Notes: generated by a model from the letters alone, not told the origin. A stretch of DNA of 49,703 bases from Thermoguttaceae bacterium (GCA_039679885.1 JBDKUC010000207.1:1-49703), one strand, 5' to 3'; positions 17,161 to 26,089 are shown, counted from the stretch's first letter. Numbers and translations are program-made.

Positions 17161-18620
17161 GTCAGCACGACGCGGAGGTCGCAGACGTTCGTGCCGGTCG
17201 GACCGGTCTTCAACAGCGCGTCGAGCATCGCGAAGAAGTGATAGGCGTCGTTGCGTGCTAGGTACTCGCCCGCGTCGAGTTGGCGATGGCCGGCGGCGGC
17301 CAGCACCGTGGCATCGCACAAGGCCCCGGCGGCGTCGGTGGGGCCGTCCTCGCCGTCGGTCCCGCCGGAAAGCAGAGCGAAAGACGCCGCGCGCTCCTGC
17401 GAAAAACGGAGCAGCGAGGCCAGGACGAGTTGCTGGTTCCGGCCGCCGTGACCGCGGCGCGAGGGCTCGGCCAACATGACGATCGGTTCGCCGCCGCTGA
17501 CGAGGCATGCTCGACCGCCGGCGCGGCACATGGCCAGCGCCCGTTCGGCCAGACGCCGTCCAACTTGCTCGGCGGCGCCTTCGCATTGCGAGGCGCTCTC
17601 GGTGGTCGTCGAATATCCGAGCCGGCGCGCCTCGCGGCCGGCCGCTTCGACGGCGGTCCCATTGTTGGCCAGGATCAGGTAGTCGGGACGCAGCTCGTTC
17701 GACGACGCCGTCCGCGGCGTTCGTTCTCCGGCAGAGGACAGCGTGGCGAGCGACGCCTTACGGCGAAGGTAATCGAAAACAATCGGCGCGACGCCGCCTT
17801 GCCGGGCGTGGAACTGCTCCAAAATGTCGATCGCCTGCTGCGGCGTTGACAAGTCGGGCGCCGTCGGGCCGGACGCGATCAGGTCGGGCCGGTCGCCGAG
17901 GACATCCGAGATGACGAGCGTCACCAGTCGGCCCCCGCGACATGCCCGCAAAAGCCCGCCGCCTTTGATCCGGCTCAGCTGTTTGCGAACCGTGTTGAGT
18001 TGCTCGATGTTGGCCCCGGCGGCGCTCAGGCATCGAGTGACGGCCACCTTGTCGGCCAGCGAGAGGCCCTCGGCCGGCGCAGGCATCAGCGCCGATCCGC
18101 CGCCCGAGAGGAGGCACAAGCAGAGGTCTTCCGGCCCAAGCGATTCGACGAGCCGCAGGATCTCGATCGAGCCGGCGACGCCTTCGGGCGTCGGCTCGTT
18201 CGCGCCAGCGGGTCGTGCGGGGTGCAGATGAATGCCTGTGGTCTCCCCGACCCGTTCATTTCTGTGGGGCAGGTTGTCAACCTGCCAGCTTGCCCCACTG
18301 GCCGGCACGTTGACCCAGCCAGTAAGCTGCTTCTCGGCCACGAGGGCCGGGCCGAGCACCGCCTCGACAGCGCGGGCCATGCCCTCGCCCGCCTTGCCGG
18401 CGCCGACGACGACGATGCGGCGGATCGCGTCGAGAGGCAGGTTCAACCGAGGGCAGCGAGCCTCGGGCGAGCCGAGAACGAGCGATTGCCCCTCGACCCG
18501 AAGCCACTCCGGCACGAGCCGTTCGGGCCGCACCGCCTCGACGCCGGCCTGCCAGATCCGGATCGCGTCGCGGCGCAGGTCGGCCGTCGATTGCGGCGAT
18601 GGCTCGTCAACGATTGGCAT
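17151..18620 (-). CDS. glycerate 2-kinase / hydroxypyruvate reductase family protein (DUF4147 + MOFRL)
   Basis: The start is taken at ATG 18620 (MPIVDEPSPQ...). It has VVVGAGKAGEGMARAVE, GGGSALM, GGEPIV...GHGGRNQQL, LSGGTDGEDGPTDAAGA and TGPTGTNVCDLRVVL, all typical of GckA/TtuD-type glycerate kinases. Confidence 0.85.
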   Translation of the reverse strand: MPIVDEPSPQSTADLRRDAIRIWQAGVEAVRPERLVPEWLRVEGQSLVLGSPEARCPRLNLPLDAIRRIVVVGAGKAGEGMARAVEAVLGPALVAEKQLTGWVNVPASGASWQVDNLPHRNERVGETTGIHLHPARPAGANEPTPEGVAGSIEILRLVESLGPEDLCLCLLSGGGSALMPAPAEGLSLADKVAVTRCLSAAGANIEQLNTVRKQLSRIKGGGLLRACRGGRLVTLVISDVLGDRPDLIASGPTAPDLSTPQQAIDILEQFHARQGGVAPIVFDYLRRKASLATLSSAGERTPRTASSNELRPDYLILANNGTAVEAAGREARRLGYSTTTESASQCEGAAEQVGRRLAERALAMCRAGGRACLVSGGEPIVMLAEPSRRGHGGRNQQLVLASLLRFSQERAASFALLSGGTDGEDGPTDAAGALCDATVLAAAGHRQLDAGEYLARNDAYHFFAMLDALLKTGPTGTNVCDLRVVLTRS

Positions 18621-18809
18621 TTCCAAGATCAGACTCCGTCGGGCGTTTGTTCCAACTGTCACCGACAACCGCTTCCGTTCCGCGTGCATCATCATGCGCT
18701 CGACCCGGGGCGGTGTCCAGGCCCAAAGACGTCGGCCGCGAGACGCCTCACCGTGCCGGGGTGCGAGTTGCGCCTTGCAGGGGCGTTTACGCCCCGTCAA
18801 CGGGCGTGA

Positions 18810-18967
18810 CAGGCGAGTCTGATTGCAGGAAGGCGATCACGCCAGCAAACCCGTGCTGAAGCACGGGCCTAAAACCGCCTGCGGCGGAAATGCCCGTGAA
18901 CGGGCATGTGACTATGCATGTCGTTCACGAATGCTCGCCCTAGAAATCACAAAGTGCAACTTGCACG
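18810..18967 (+). repeat. 158-bp three-hairpin interspersed element, copy 1 (MITE-like or small structured RNA candidate)
   Basis: By eye it is about 95% identical to the reverse complement of 36864-37021. It contains CCCGTGC-TGAA-GCACGGG, CCGCC-TGC-GGCGG and ATGCCCG-TGAA-CGGGCAT. Confidence 0.85.
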
Positions 18968-19054
18968 CACCGTGCCGGGCCGCCGACAACAGAGGTTTTC
19001 CGCCGGCCGCGTCTGTGATAGAATGCTGCTTCCGTCAGAGATCGGATACGCACG

Positions 19055-19501
19055 ATGTCCAAGAGCAAAATCCTCATCGCCGATGACAACCTGACCAACG
19101 TCGAGCTGGTCGAGGCCTTCTTGGAGGGCATCGACTGCGAAACGGCCGTGGCCGTCGATGGCCAGGACACCCTGACGAAGGTCGCCGAGTTCCAGCCCGA
19201 CCTGATCTTGCTCGACATCATGATGCCGAAGCTCAGCGGCTTCGAGGTCTGCAAGATGCTCAAACGCGACCCGAAGACGCGCCAGATCATGATCCTCATG
19301 GTCACGGCGCTCAACGAGTCGGGCGACATCGAACGGGCGGTGGCGGCCGGCTGCGACGACTTCCTCAGCAAGCCGGTCAACAAGCTCGAGCTGACAAAGC
19401 GGGTCGAGATCATGCTCAAGCTCCGCCATGTGACCGACGAACTCGATCGGCTGCGCCGCTATATCGACGGCATGGAAGAAGCCCGCAAGCCCGGCAAATA
19501 G
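19055..19501 (+). CDS. response regulator, stand-alone receiver (CheY-like) with short coiled C-terminal tail
   Basis: KILIADDNLTNVELV...PDLILLDIMMPKLSGFEVC...LMVTAL...FLSKP contains the DD, D, T and K receiver residues. Confidence 0.9.
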   Translation: MSKSKILIADDNLTNVELVEAFLEGIDCETAVAVDGQDTLTKVAEFQPDLILLDIMMPKLSGFEVCKMLKRDPKTRQIMILMVTALNESGDIERAVAAGCDDFLSKPVNKLELTKRVEIMLKLRHVTDELDRLRRYIDGMEEARKPGK

Positions 19502-19688
19502 CCGCCGCGTTGCCAAAAGACCACGCCAACGCGTTGCGAATCGGCAACACGAGCCCGGTGATAAACGCCGGCTAGGAAGTCCGTCCTACGGTTTGGGCTA
19601 TAGTTGCCTGGTGTGGACGCCGGCGTTCTGCGTGTCTCGTTCTTGGGGACGCCGGTCGGTCCACGCTCCCCACCTGCCGAAACCCTCC

Positions 19689-20354
19689 ATGCGTTGCCGC
19701 GCGTTTCATGCCGGTCGATTCCATGCGCGACGGGGCACTCAACTGCCCGGCCCTCGGACCTCGCGCCCGCACCGACGCGGTTTTACGCTTGTCGAGGCGA
19801 TGGTCGCGATCAGTCTGACGGCGTTGGCCGGCAGCGCCTTGCTGCTGGGCACGACCTCGTCGATGTACAGCACCCAGGATGCCGTGCGGCAGACGGTCGC
19901 CTACGGAATGGCCCAGCAACTGATGGACGAAGCGGTGGGCTGCCGTTACATGGAAGCCGGCGTCGACGGGCACCAGTATCCGCTCGGGCCGAACTGGTCG
20001 GAGATGATCGGCGGCACGCGCCGGTATTACGATGACATCGACGATTTCAACGGCTGGCGCAACCAGCCGCCCACGGATTTGTACGGCGTCCCGCTCGGCG
20101 CGGACAACGGTCAGGGCGGCCAGCGCAATCCGGCCTTTCAATGCCGGGCGGGCTACTTCAAGAACTGGCGGCAGGAAGTGGACGTCTATTACGTAAGCGA
20201 TGCGGATTTAACCGCGCCGTTGCCGGCCGGCCAGACTAGCGACTATCGCGCGGTCGAGGTTCGCATCACTTACAACGACCCCGTTTCCGGCCCGCGGCAA
20301 TTGGCCAAACTACGACGCATCGTGACTTATGTGGCCCCTCTGCAAGTCAACTGA
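19689..20354 (+). CDS. pseudopilin with prepilin-type N-terminal cleavage/methylation domain
   Basis: RRGFTLVEAMVAISLTALAGSALLLG is a G|FTLVE prepilin motif. The start at ATG 19689 is uncertain (the track ORF begins at 19593). Confidence 0.75.
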   Translation: MRCRAFHAGRFHARRGTQLPGPRTSRPHRRGFTLVEAMVAISLTALAGSALLLGTTSSMYSTQDAVRQTVAYGMAQQLMDEAVGCRYMEAGVDGHQYPLGPNWSEMIGGTRRYYDDIDDFNGWRNQPPTDLYGVPLGADNGQGGQRNPAFQCRAGYFKNWRQEVDVYYVSDADLTAPLPAGQTSDYRAVEVRITYNDPVSGPRQLAKLRRIVTYVAPLQVN

Positions 20355-21201
20355 CAACGAATCGCACTCGCGTCCGACGCGGTCCTGCCGGCGAGCGTTC
20401 ACGCTGCTCGAGCTGATGATCGCCATGACCGTGATGCTGATGGTCATCGGCGCACTGGCCGGACTGGCGCGAACCGTCGAGCAGGGCTACGAGTATAGCG
20501 AGGGCTACGGAATCGCCACGCAGCAGGCCCGGATTACGCTCGACCGCATCGCGCAGAACGTGTGCCAGGCCACGGCCAACGAGCAATTCCCCGGGTGTCT
20601 GGTGGTGGCCGAGACGGTCAACGGCTACCGCTATCCGGACGCGCTGGTCCTCTGGCGGCCGGGCGGCGACGCAAGCAGCCCGACGGGGCTCGGGCGGACG
20701 CCGGCCAATCCGAGCGGGCTGCCATGCTTCAACGAACTGCTGATCTATTGCCCCGATCCGAACGCCCCCAACCAGTTCGTCGAGTTGACCGCGCCGGGCG
20801 ACGCCCGCACCGTGCCGGCGGCCAACGACGATGCGGGATGGCAGTCCGCCTTGGCCGCGTTGAAGAAGAATGCCGGGACAAGGTCCGTGCTTCTGACTGA
20901 CCTTCTGCGAACGTGCTCGACGTCTGGCGCCGGCAACCTGCGTGGGGCCGTGCGGTTCGAGACTCGGCTGCTCCCCTCGGCTGGCGATTGGGCGAGCTTC
21001 AAGGCCGGCAGCGCAAAGTGGATGGATCTGCCTTGGACCCAGAACATCTACGGTCCCCAAGCCGGGCTCCGGCAAGTCTGGGTTCGGACCGAGCTGCAAC
21101 TCATGCCTGGCGTTGCCTGGATTGAATCGAACAAGGCTGCCGCAGAGGCCGTGCCATATTTGGGCTCGGCCGCGCTCTACTATCAATTGACCCATCCATG
21201 A
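20329..21201 (+). CDS. pseudopilin with prepilin-type N-terminal cleavage/methylation domain
   Basis: It has the prepilin motif RRAFTLLELMIAMTVMLMVIGALAGL. It overlaps the preceding gene by 26 nt, and its stop overlaps the next ATG (ATGA). Confidence 0.8.
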   Translation: MWPLCKSTDNESHSRPTRSCRRAFTLLELMIAMTVMLMVIGALAGLARTVEQGYEYSEGYGIATQQARITLDRIAQNVCQATANEQFPGCLVVAETVNGYRYPDALVLWRPGGDASSPTGLGRTPANPSGLPCFNELLIYCPDPNAPNQFVELTAPGDARTVPAANDDAGWQSALAALKKNAGTRSVLLTDLLRTCSTSGAGNLRGAVRFETRLLPSAGDWASFKAGSAKWMDLPWTQNIYGPQAGLRQVWVRTELQLMPGVAWIESNKAAAEAVPYLGSAALYYQLTHP

Positions 21202-22835
21202 ACATTTTCACTCGCGTGCATCGCGCGCTCGTCATTCTGAACGCAGCGAAGAATCCGCTCCTGGGTTGGCGTTCAGGCGAGATTCTTCGCTGCGCTCAGA
21301 ATGACCAAAAGACAGCGACTCGTGAACGGCATTTCCAAGAACGATCTCGTGGCCTTGCGGAGAGACGTTCCCGTCGCGGGATGGCCGTGCTTGTCGTGTT
21401 GCTGCTGCTGTCGTTGACGCTGGGGCTCTGCTATGCGGCCACTCGGAGCCAGTACACGACCAGCACGATCCAACGCAACGCCGATCGGCAAGCCGCCGCC
21501 CGCCAAGCCGCGGTGACCGGAACGACGATGGCGCTGAAGAAGATGCAGCTAAGCGACTGGTCGGGCGTGGGCGGCTCGCTAAGCGGTTCGTTGGACGCTT
21601 ACACGACGTTCGTCACGACCTACACGGCGGGCGACAGCCGGCTTTCGGCGGCCGACGCCGATCAGCCCTATCGCGTCACCCTGCTGACGACCGGCTACGC
21701 CGTCGACTGGGAGCATCCGCAGTCGATCGCCACGTATCAGGTCAAAGCGGTCGTGCGTCTGATCCCGAGGGCGTTGGCGGCAGAGCCGTCGGACTTCGCG
21801 GCCATCAAAGGATACACGGTCTTTCAGACCAAACAACAAGACGTTCAGATCGACGTCCCTTGCCGGATCACCGGGCCCACTCGGCTGCAAAAGAAGCTGC
21901 AGGTCGCCGCCCATTACCCGAACGACGACGACTCGCGAACGCTCTACCTCTCCGGCCTGAACAAGATGCGGGTGAACGGCTTGGCGGACGATCGGCCGTT
22001 GAACGGGCCGGTGTATCTACCGCTGAGCGTCCAGGACCCAAAGTTCTACACCTGGCTCACCTCGTCCCTTTACGGGCTAGGCGTGACGGCCATCGACACG
22101 GCCGCGCAGGAGTTGACGACGGACTGGAGCCAGCCGTCGACGTCGCCGGGCAGCTACCGGATCTACCCAGGGGGGCCGACGTATGCATTCCAGGCGTTGC
22201 CCACTACGTTGCAGTCGATCACCCTCCAGCCGGACCCGACGACGAATCCACTCGGACTGTTCTCTTGCGACAGCACGCTGACGATCAACAGCGACGTCAC
22301 GGTTCAAGGCTCGATCTTCTGCGGCGGCGATCTCCGCTTCGCCGGCGCGAACATCTCGGTGCAGCCGGTCGCGCTGCCGCCGCTCCAGGGAACCAGCAAG
22401 CCCATTCGCTTGCCGGCGACGAGCTCGCAAAATGCCACGGTGAAGGCCGGCGGGAGCGGACAAGTCACCGGCTTGATGGCCGTCTTCGGCAACTTCCTGG
22501 TCGAGCAAGGTTCGGAAAGCATGGCCTTCTCGCTCGCCGGCCAGCTTGCGACGGCCGGCCTCAGCGTACAGCAGCGGACGGAATGGAACCTGGACTGGAG
22601 CAGCTACCGCAACCTGTACAACACGCAACTGCTGCTCTTTCCCTTGAGCACCTCGAAGTACTTCCCGGTGTGGATGGCCAACCGCGGCCGCGATCCGACC
22701 CCGAAGCTGCTCTTCGCCCCGGAGAGCCAGGCCGTGACTTACCACTGGGCCAACGCCTACGATCCCATCTTTGTCGCCGCCCCGTCCGACGGAGGGCTTC
22801 GCTGGGACCTCTTGGCATGGATCGAGAACCCCTAG
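21198..22835 (+). CDS. pilus/T2SS-associated protein with GspK/PilX-like N-terminal anchor
   Basis: RRGMAVLVVLLLLSLTLGLCYAATRSQ resembles the GspK/PilX non-cleaved anchor. ATG 21198 overlaps the upstream stop (ATGA), but the first 60 codons cover a palindromic repeat (21231-21305). The alternative start is ATG 21381. Confidence 0.65.
   Translation: MNIFTRVHRALVILNAAKNPLLGWRSGEILRCAQNDQKTATRERHFQERSRGLAERRSRRGMAVLVVLLLLSLTLGLCYAATRSQYTTSTIQRNADRQAAARQAAVTGTTMALKKMQLSDWSGVGGSLSGSLDAYTTFVTTYTAGDSRLSAADADQPYRVTLLTTGYAVDWEHPQSIATYQVKAVVRLIPRALAAEPSDFAAIKGYTVFQTKQQDVQIDVPCRITGPTRLQKKLQVAAHYPNDDDSRTLYLSGLNKMRVNGLADDRPLNGPVYLPLSVQDPKFYTWLTSSLYGLGVTAIDTAAQELTTDWSQPSTSPGSYRIYPGGPTYAFQALPTTLQSITLQPDPTTNPLGLFSCDSTLTINSDVTVQGSIFCGGDLRFAGANISVQPVALPPLQGTSKPIRLPATSSQNATVKAGGSGQVTGLMAVFGNFLVEQGSESMAFSLAGQLATAGLSVQQRTEWNLDWSSYRNLYNTQLLLFPLSTSKYFPVWMANRGRDPTPKLLFAPESQAVTYHWANAYDPIFVAAPSDGGLRWDLLAWIENP
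21231..21305. repeat. 25-bp-arm inverted repeat (GTCATTCTGAACGCAGCGAAGAATC ... GATTCTTCGCTGCGCTCAGAATGAC)
   Basis: The arms at 21231-21255 and 21281-21305 match 24/25 as reverse complements, with a 25-nt loop. The repeat lies inside the 5' part of the track ORF 21198-22835. Confidence 0.9.
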
Positions 22836-22841
22836 CGAACA

Positions 22842-23078
22842 CTAGCCCGACGCGCAAGCGAGGGAAGAACCCGGCGCATGCTTCGCTTCCGCGTCGGGCT
22901 AGTCCGCATTTCTCACCGAGGCGTAGGGTGGGTCAAGCAAACCAGGGCGATGGTGGGACTTCCGTCGCGGCAACTCGTTCTGCAACCCGACAGAGTGCAA
23001 ATCACCGTTGATTGGTTTGCGAAGCCCCACCATGTACTTGCGACGTCGACCCACCCTACGGTGAGAATTGCGGGCTAG
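22842..23078. mobile_element. composite MITE-like element: CTAGCCCGACGCG hairpin plus a 180-bp unit with ~31-36-bp terminal inverted repeats
   Basis: The hairpin is CTAGCCCGACGCG...CGCGTCGGGCTAG (22842-22902). The left TIR is CTAGTCCGCATTTCTCACCGAGGCGTAGGGTGGGTC (22899-22934). The right TIR is GACCCACCCTACGGTGAGAATTGCGGGCTAG (23048-23078). There is no transposase. Confidence 0.6.
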
Positions 23079-23167
23079 TGTTGAACCGGTGAGAAATGCG
23101 GGCGAGCAGCGTGCTAAACTCTCGTAGTGTGCCGAAGACTGTCTAGTACGTAACTTGGAGTAGAACG

Positions 23168-23410
23168 ATGAATCGAGCAACGCCCTGGTGGTTGTTGGTC
23201 ATTGCGGCGATCGTCTGTCTTGGCGTGCTAACCTTTTATCAGGCGAGCCAAGCCCAGAGCGGGTCGCGGCCGACGCAGTCGAACGCCCCCGAAGACCGCA
23301 AGGAAATGATCACGAACCTGGAGGAGATCAAGAACCTGCTGAAGGAGCAGAATGCCCTCCTGCGGTCCGGCCAAGTGAAGGTCATCGTCACGGAATTGCC
23401 GAAGAAGTGA
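23168..23410 (+). CDS. hypothetical small signal-anchored protein
   Basis: 80 aa and AT-richer than its neighbours. The N-terminal TM is WWLLVIAAIVCLGVLTFY, followed by a charged helix (EDRKEMITNLEEIKNLLKEQNALL). It sits inside the pilus cluster. Confidence 0.5.
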   Translation: MNRATPWWLLVIAAIVCLGVLTFYQASQAQSGSRPTQSNAPEDRKEMITNLEEIKNLLKEQNALLRSGQVKVIVTELPKK

Positions 23411-23451
23411 CAGCCTTGGGGACTGTCCCCTTTGCGTCGGGCACCCCAGCC

Positions 23452-24072
23452 ATGAAACCGAAGAGACGACCGGCAATGACCGAGCGCGCAGGCGTGCGGC
23501 GTGGACCGCCCGGTGGGTTCACGTTGCTCGAATTGCTGCTGGTCATGGCGATTGTGGCCGCGTTGACGGCGGTCGTGCTGCCCAGCGCGCAGCCGACGAT
23601 CGTTGAGCAGTTGCGAGCAACGGCTCAGATCGTGGCGACCGATCTGGCTTACGCCCGAAGCCTGGCCGTGGCCAACAACAGCAACTACAAAATCACGTTC
23701 GATGTGAGCGGAAACCAATACACCTTGACCTACAGCGGGACAAGCCCGTCGCTCAAGCAATTGCCGAACACGCCGTTTTCGTCGCCTGGCGACACGTCGG
23801 AAAAACACATCGTCAACCTCCGCGAGCTGCCCGGCGCTGACGTGCGGCTGGCCGGGGTCGCCGCGAGCGACTCGCTGCAACCGGTCGACAACATCGAGTT
23901 CGGGCCGCTGGGCCAGACGATTCGCACGGAGGCGACGACCGTTTGGCTCGCCGCAGGCGCGGGTGATCGGATGCGATACATCGCCGTCGAAGTGAATCCG
24001 GCGACAGGCATCGCCCGCGCAGGCGATTGTACGACCGTTGGGCCGACGAGCGGAATGATGACGGGGCCGTAG
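23452..24072 (+). CDS. GspH/FimT-like pseudopilin (prepilin-type N-terminal domain)
   Basis: The start is taken at ATG 23452. It has the prepilin motif GGFTLLELLLVMAIVAALTAVVLP. TAQIVATDLAYARSLAVANNSNYKITF fits the GspH/FimT pattern. Confidence 0.8.
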   Translation: MKPKRRPAMTERAGVRRGPPGGFTLLELLLVMAIVAALTAVVLPSAQPTIVEQLRATAQIVATDLAYARSLAVANNSNYKITFDVSGNQYTLTYSGTSPSLKQLPNTPFSSPGDTSEKHIVNLRELPGADVRLAGVAASDSLQPVDNIEFGPLGQTIRTEATTVWLAAGAGDRMRYIAVEVNPATGIARAGDCTTVGPTSGMMTGP

Positions 24073-24211
24073 CAGGAGTGTCTCGTACAACGACGGAATT
24101 TATCATGCGCGAGTTGGAAAAGGCGGGTGCCATGCCCACGCTTGTCGTGGGCATGAAGAAACGGCAAAGGGCGTAAGTCGTGCCTTCCGGAAAGCTTAAC
24201 GGCTCTGTCAT

Positions 24212-24289
24212 AAAGCCGCGACCGGTGGTCGCGCTAAGAATGCTGCGTTCGCCCAAGACCCCTGGGACGCGACCAACGGTCGCGGCTTT
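24212..24289. repeat. inverted repeat pair AAAGCCGCGACCGGTGGTCGCG / CGCGACCAACGGTCGCGGCTTT upstream of pilM
   Basis: Each arm (24212-24233, 24268-24289) is itself a small hairpin. The element ends 11 nt before the pilM ATG. A further hairpin, CATGCCCACG-CTTGT-CGTGGGCATG, lies at 24131-24155. Confidence 0.75.
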
Positions 24290-24300
24290 GTGGAACCACG

Positions 24301-25356
24301 ATGGTTAGTCTATTTGGCGGATCACGTTGCGGACCAATCGGCGTCGACATCGGCAGCCGATCGCTGAAGCTGCTCCAGTTCGACGCTGCGCGCGGCCGGG
24401 TGTGCGACGCCGTCCGCTGGGATCTTCCGTTCGAGCAGGGCGTCAAGCCGGAGCACCGCGACAGCCGCGTGGCCGAAGCGATCCGCCACGCCCGCGAGGG
24501 CCGACGTTTCCGCGGCCGCGACGCCGTGCTCTGTCTGGGCGCCGGCAGCCTGTTCGTCCAGAACATCCGCGTGGCCCAGGCCAGCGGCGACGAGCTGACG
24601 AAAATCGTGCACTTCGAGGCGGCCGGCCGACTTCCGTTCGGCAGCGAAGAGGCCGAGCTGCGGTACATCGAGGCCGACGACGTGAAGCAGGGCGACACGA
24701 TCCGCCGCGAGGTGATTCTAATGGCGTGCCACCGCCCGTCGCTCGATCGGTTGATCGGCGTCGCCGAGGAAGCGGGGTTGCGGCCCGTCGCCGTCGACGT
24801 CGAGCCGTTGGCGCTGTTGCGATGCTATGGCCGGCAGTTCCGGCGCGACGATGACCAGCAGCGGCGGGTGATGTTCGTCACCGTAGGCGCAGCCAACACG
24901 GTCGTCCTCATCACCCGCGGCACCGACACGATGTTCGTCAAGTACATCGACCTGGGTGGGCGGCATTTTGACGAGGCGGTGGCCAAGGGGCTGAAGATGC
25001 CGCCGGCCGACGCCGCCGCCCTGCGACGCCATGACGCGGACCGTCAGGTCGCACAACGCGACCCCGAGATCGCCAGGGCCGTCGACGAGGCAATCGGCCC
25101 AATCCTCGATCGGCTTGGCCATGAGCTTTCCATGTGCTTGCGGTATTACAGCGTCACGTTCCGAGGCCAGCCGCTTCAGCAGATCGTGCTGGGCGGAGGC
25201 GAGGCCACGGCCACGCTGGCCGAGCGGCTCTCGGCGCGGCTCGATCTGCCGTGCGAAGTCGGCGATCCCTTGCGGCCGTTCCGTCAGCCGGGGCTGCCAG
25301 GCCGCGCCGGCCAGTGGGACGTGGCGGCCGGCTTGGCCTTGAAGGAGCCCCTCTGA
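24301..25356 (+). CDS. pilM: type IV pilus assembly protein PilM (actin-like ATPase fold)
   Basis: It has GVDIGSRSLKLLQF..., VDVEPLALLRCY..., DLGGRHFDEAV... and IVLGGGEA... in the typical PilM order and length. Confidence 0.9.
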   Translation: MVSLFGGSRCGPIGVDIGSRSLKLLQFDAARGRVCDAVRWDLPFEQGVKPEHRDSRVAEAIRHAREGRRFRGRDAVLCLGAGSLFVQNIRVAQASGDELTKIVHFEAAGRLPFGSEEAELRYIEADDVKQGDTIRREVILMACHRPSLDRLIGVAEEAGLRPVAVDVEPLALLRCYGRQFRRDDDQQRRVMFVTVGAANTVVLITRGTDTMFVKYIDLGGRHFDEAVAKGLKMPPADAAALRRHDADRQVAQRDPEIARAVDEAIGPILDRLGHELSMCLRYYSVTFRGQPLQQIVLGGGEATATLAERLSARLDLPCEVGDPLRPFRQPGLPGRAGQWDVAAGLALKEPL

Positions 25357-25357
25357 A

Positions 25358-26086
25358 ATGCACGACCTGGACTTCCTGCCGAGCGAGTTCCGACGCAAAC
25401 AGCAGCGGCGACAGTCGCAGCCCTGGCTGATCGTGGCCTCGACGGCCGTCGTCGGCCTGGTGGCTGCCGCAGCCATCGCGCAGCACTATCGCTGGCGCAA
25501 CGTGCAGGCCGAGCTGGCCGCCGTCGAGCCGGCCTACGAGACGGCCGTCCATCTGCAAAGCCAGTTGGCCGGCATTGAGAAACGGGTCGGCGAGGCCCGC
25601 GCTGCGGCCGAACTCTACACCTACCTGCGTCACCCCTGGCCGCGGACGCAATTGCTCTCCGCGCTGCTTCAGCCGTTGCCCAAGGAGATCGCCTTCCAAC
25701 AGGTTCACGTTTTCCGCCAGCCAGCCTCCACTCGACCGGGAGCGGCAACCGCAGCGGCGCCGGACAAAAAAGCGGAAGAGGAGCGGCTCAAAGCGATGCC
25801 GCCGGCCGCACGCGACCTGGCGTCGTTCCGCGCTCGGCTCGATCCGATGCACACCGTGGTTGTCCTGAGCGGCACGGCCGCGGCCGATGCGCCGCTTCAC
25901 CGCTATCTGGGCGTGCTGGACGCCACCGACATCTTCGATAAAGCGGAGCTGGACTGCTTCAACAGCGTCGATGGCGATAAGACGATCGCATCGCTCCAGT
26001 TTCGCGCCCTGTTGGTGGTCGAGCCGGGCTACGGGCAGCCGGGCGGACCGACCGGCCCACCCAAGAAGAGCCTCGCACAGAAATAG
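25358..26086 (+). CDS. PilN-like pilus assembly protein
   Basis: LDFLPSEFRRKQQRRQ is followed by a single TM (PWLIVASTAVVGLVAAAAIA) and a coiled coil, which is the PilN architecture. The gene starts 1 nt after the pilM stop. Confidence 0.75.
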   Translation: MHDLDFLPSEFRRKQQRRQSQPWLIVASTAVVGLVAAAAIAQHYRWRNVQAELAAVEPAYETAVHLQSQLAGIEKRVGEARAAAELYTYLRHPWPRTQLLSALLQPLPKEIAFQQVHVFRQPASTRPGAATAAAPDKKAEEERLKAMPPAARDLASFRARLDPMHTVVVLSGTAAADAPLHRYLGVLDATDIFDKAELDCFNSVDGDKTIASLQFRALLVVEPGYGQPGGPTGPPKKSLAQK

Positions 26087-26089
26087 ACA

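Noticed and set aside
17057-17479. ORFs 17057-17479 (+) and 12720-13061 (-) share the N-terminus MCSHAGAWEQG. ORFs 18823-19086 (+) and 36490-37008 (-) share SKPVLKHGPKTACGGNARERACDYAC. At first sight these look like paralogous small proteins.
   Set aside because: The shared peptides are simply translations of the 145-bp and 158-bp interspersed repeats. Similarity ends exactly where the DNA repeats end, and the remainder of each ORF overlaps real genes or is low complexity.
19575-19591. GGAAGTCCGTCCTACGG occurs upstream of two gene starts (19575-19591 and 31153-31169). This might be a shared regulatory site for the pilus cluster.
   Set aside because: At 31144-31165 it is part of a self-complementary hairpin (GGACGGACT-GGGA-AGTCCGTCC), like the other REP-type families. 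Two occurrences are too few to claim a regulon motif. I note it only as another repeat family.
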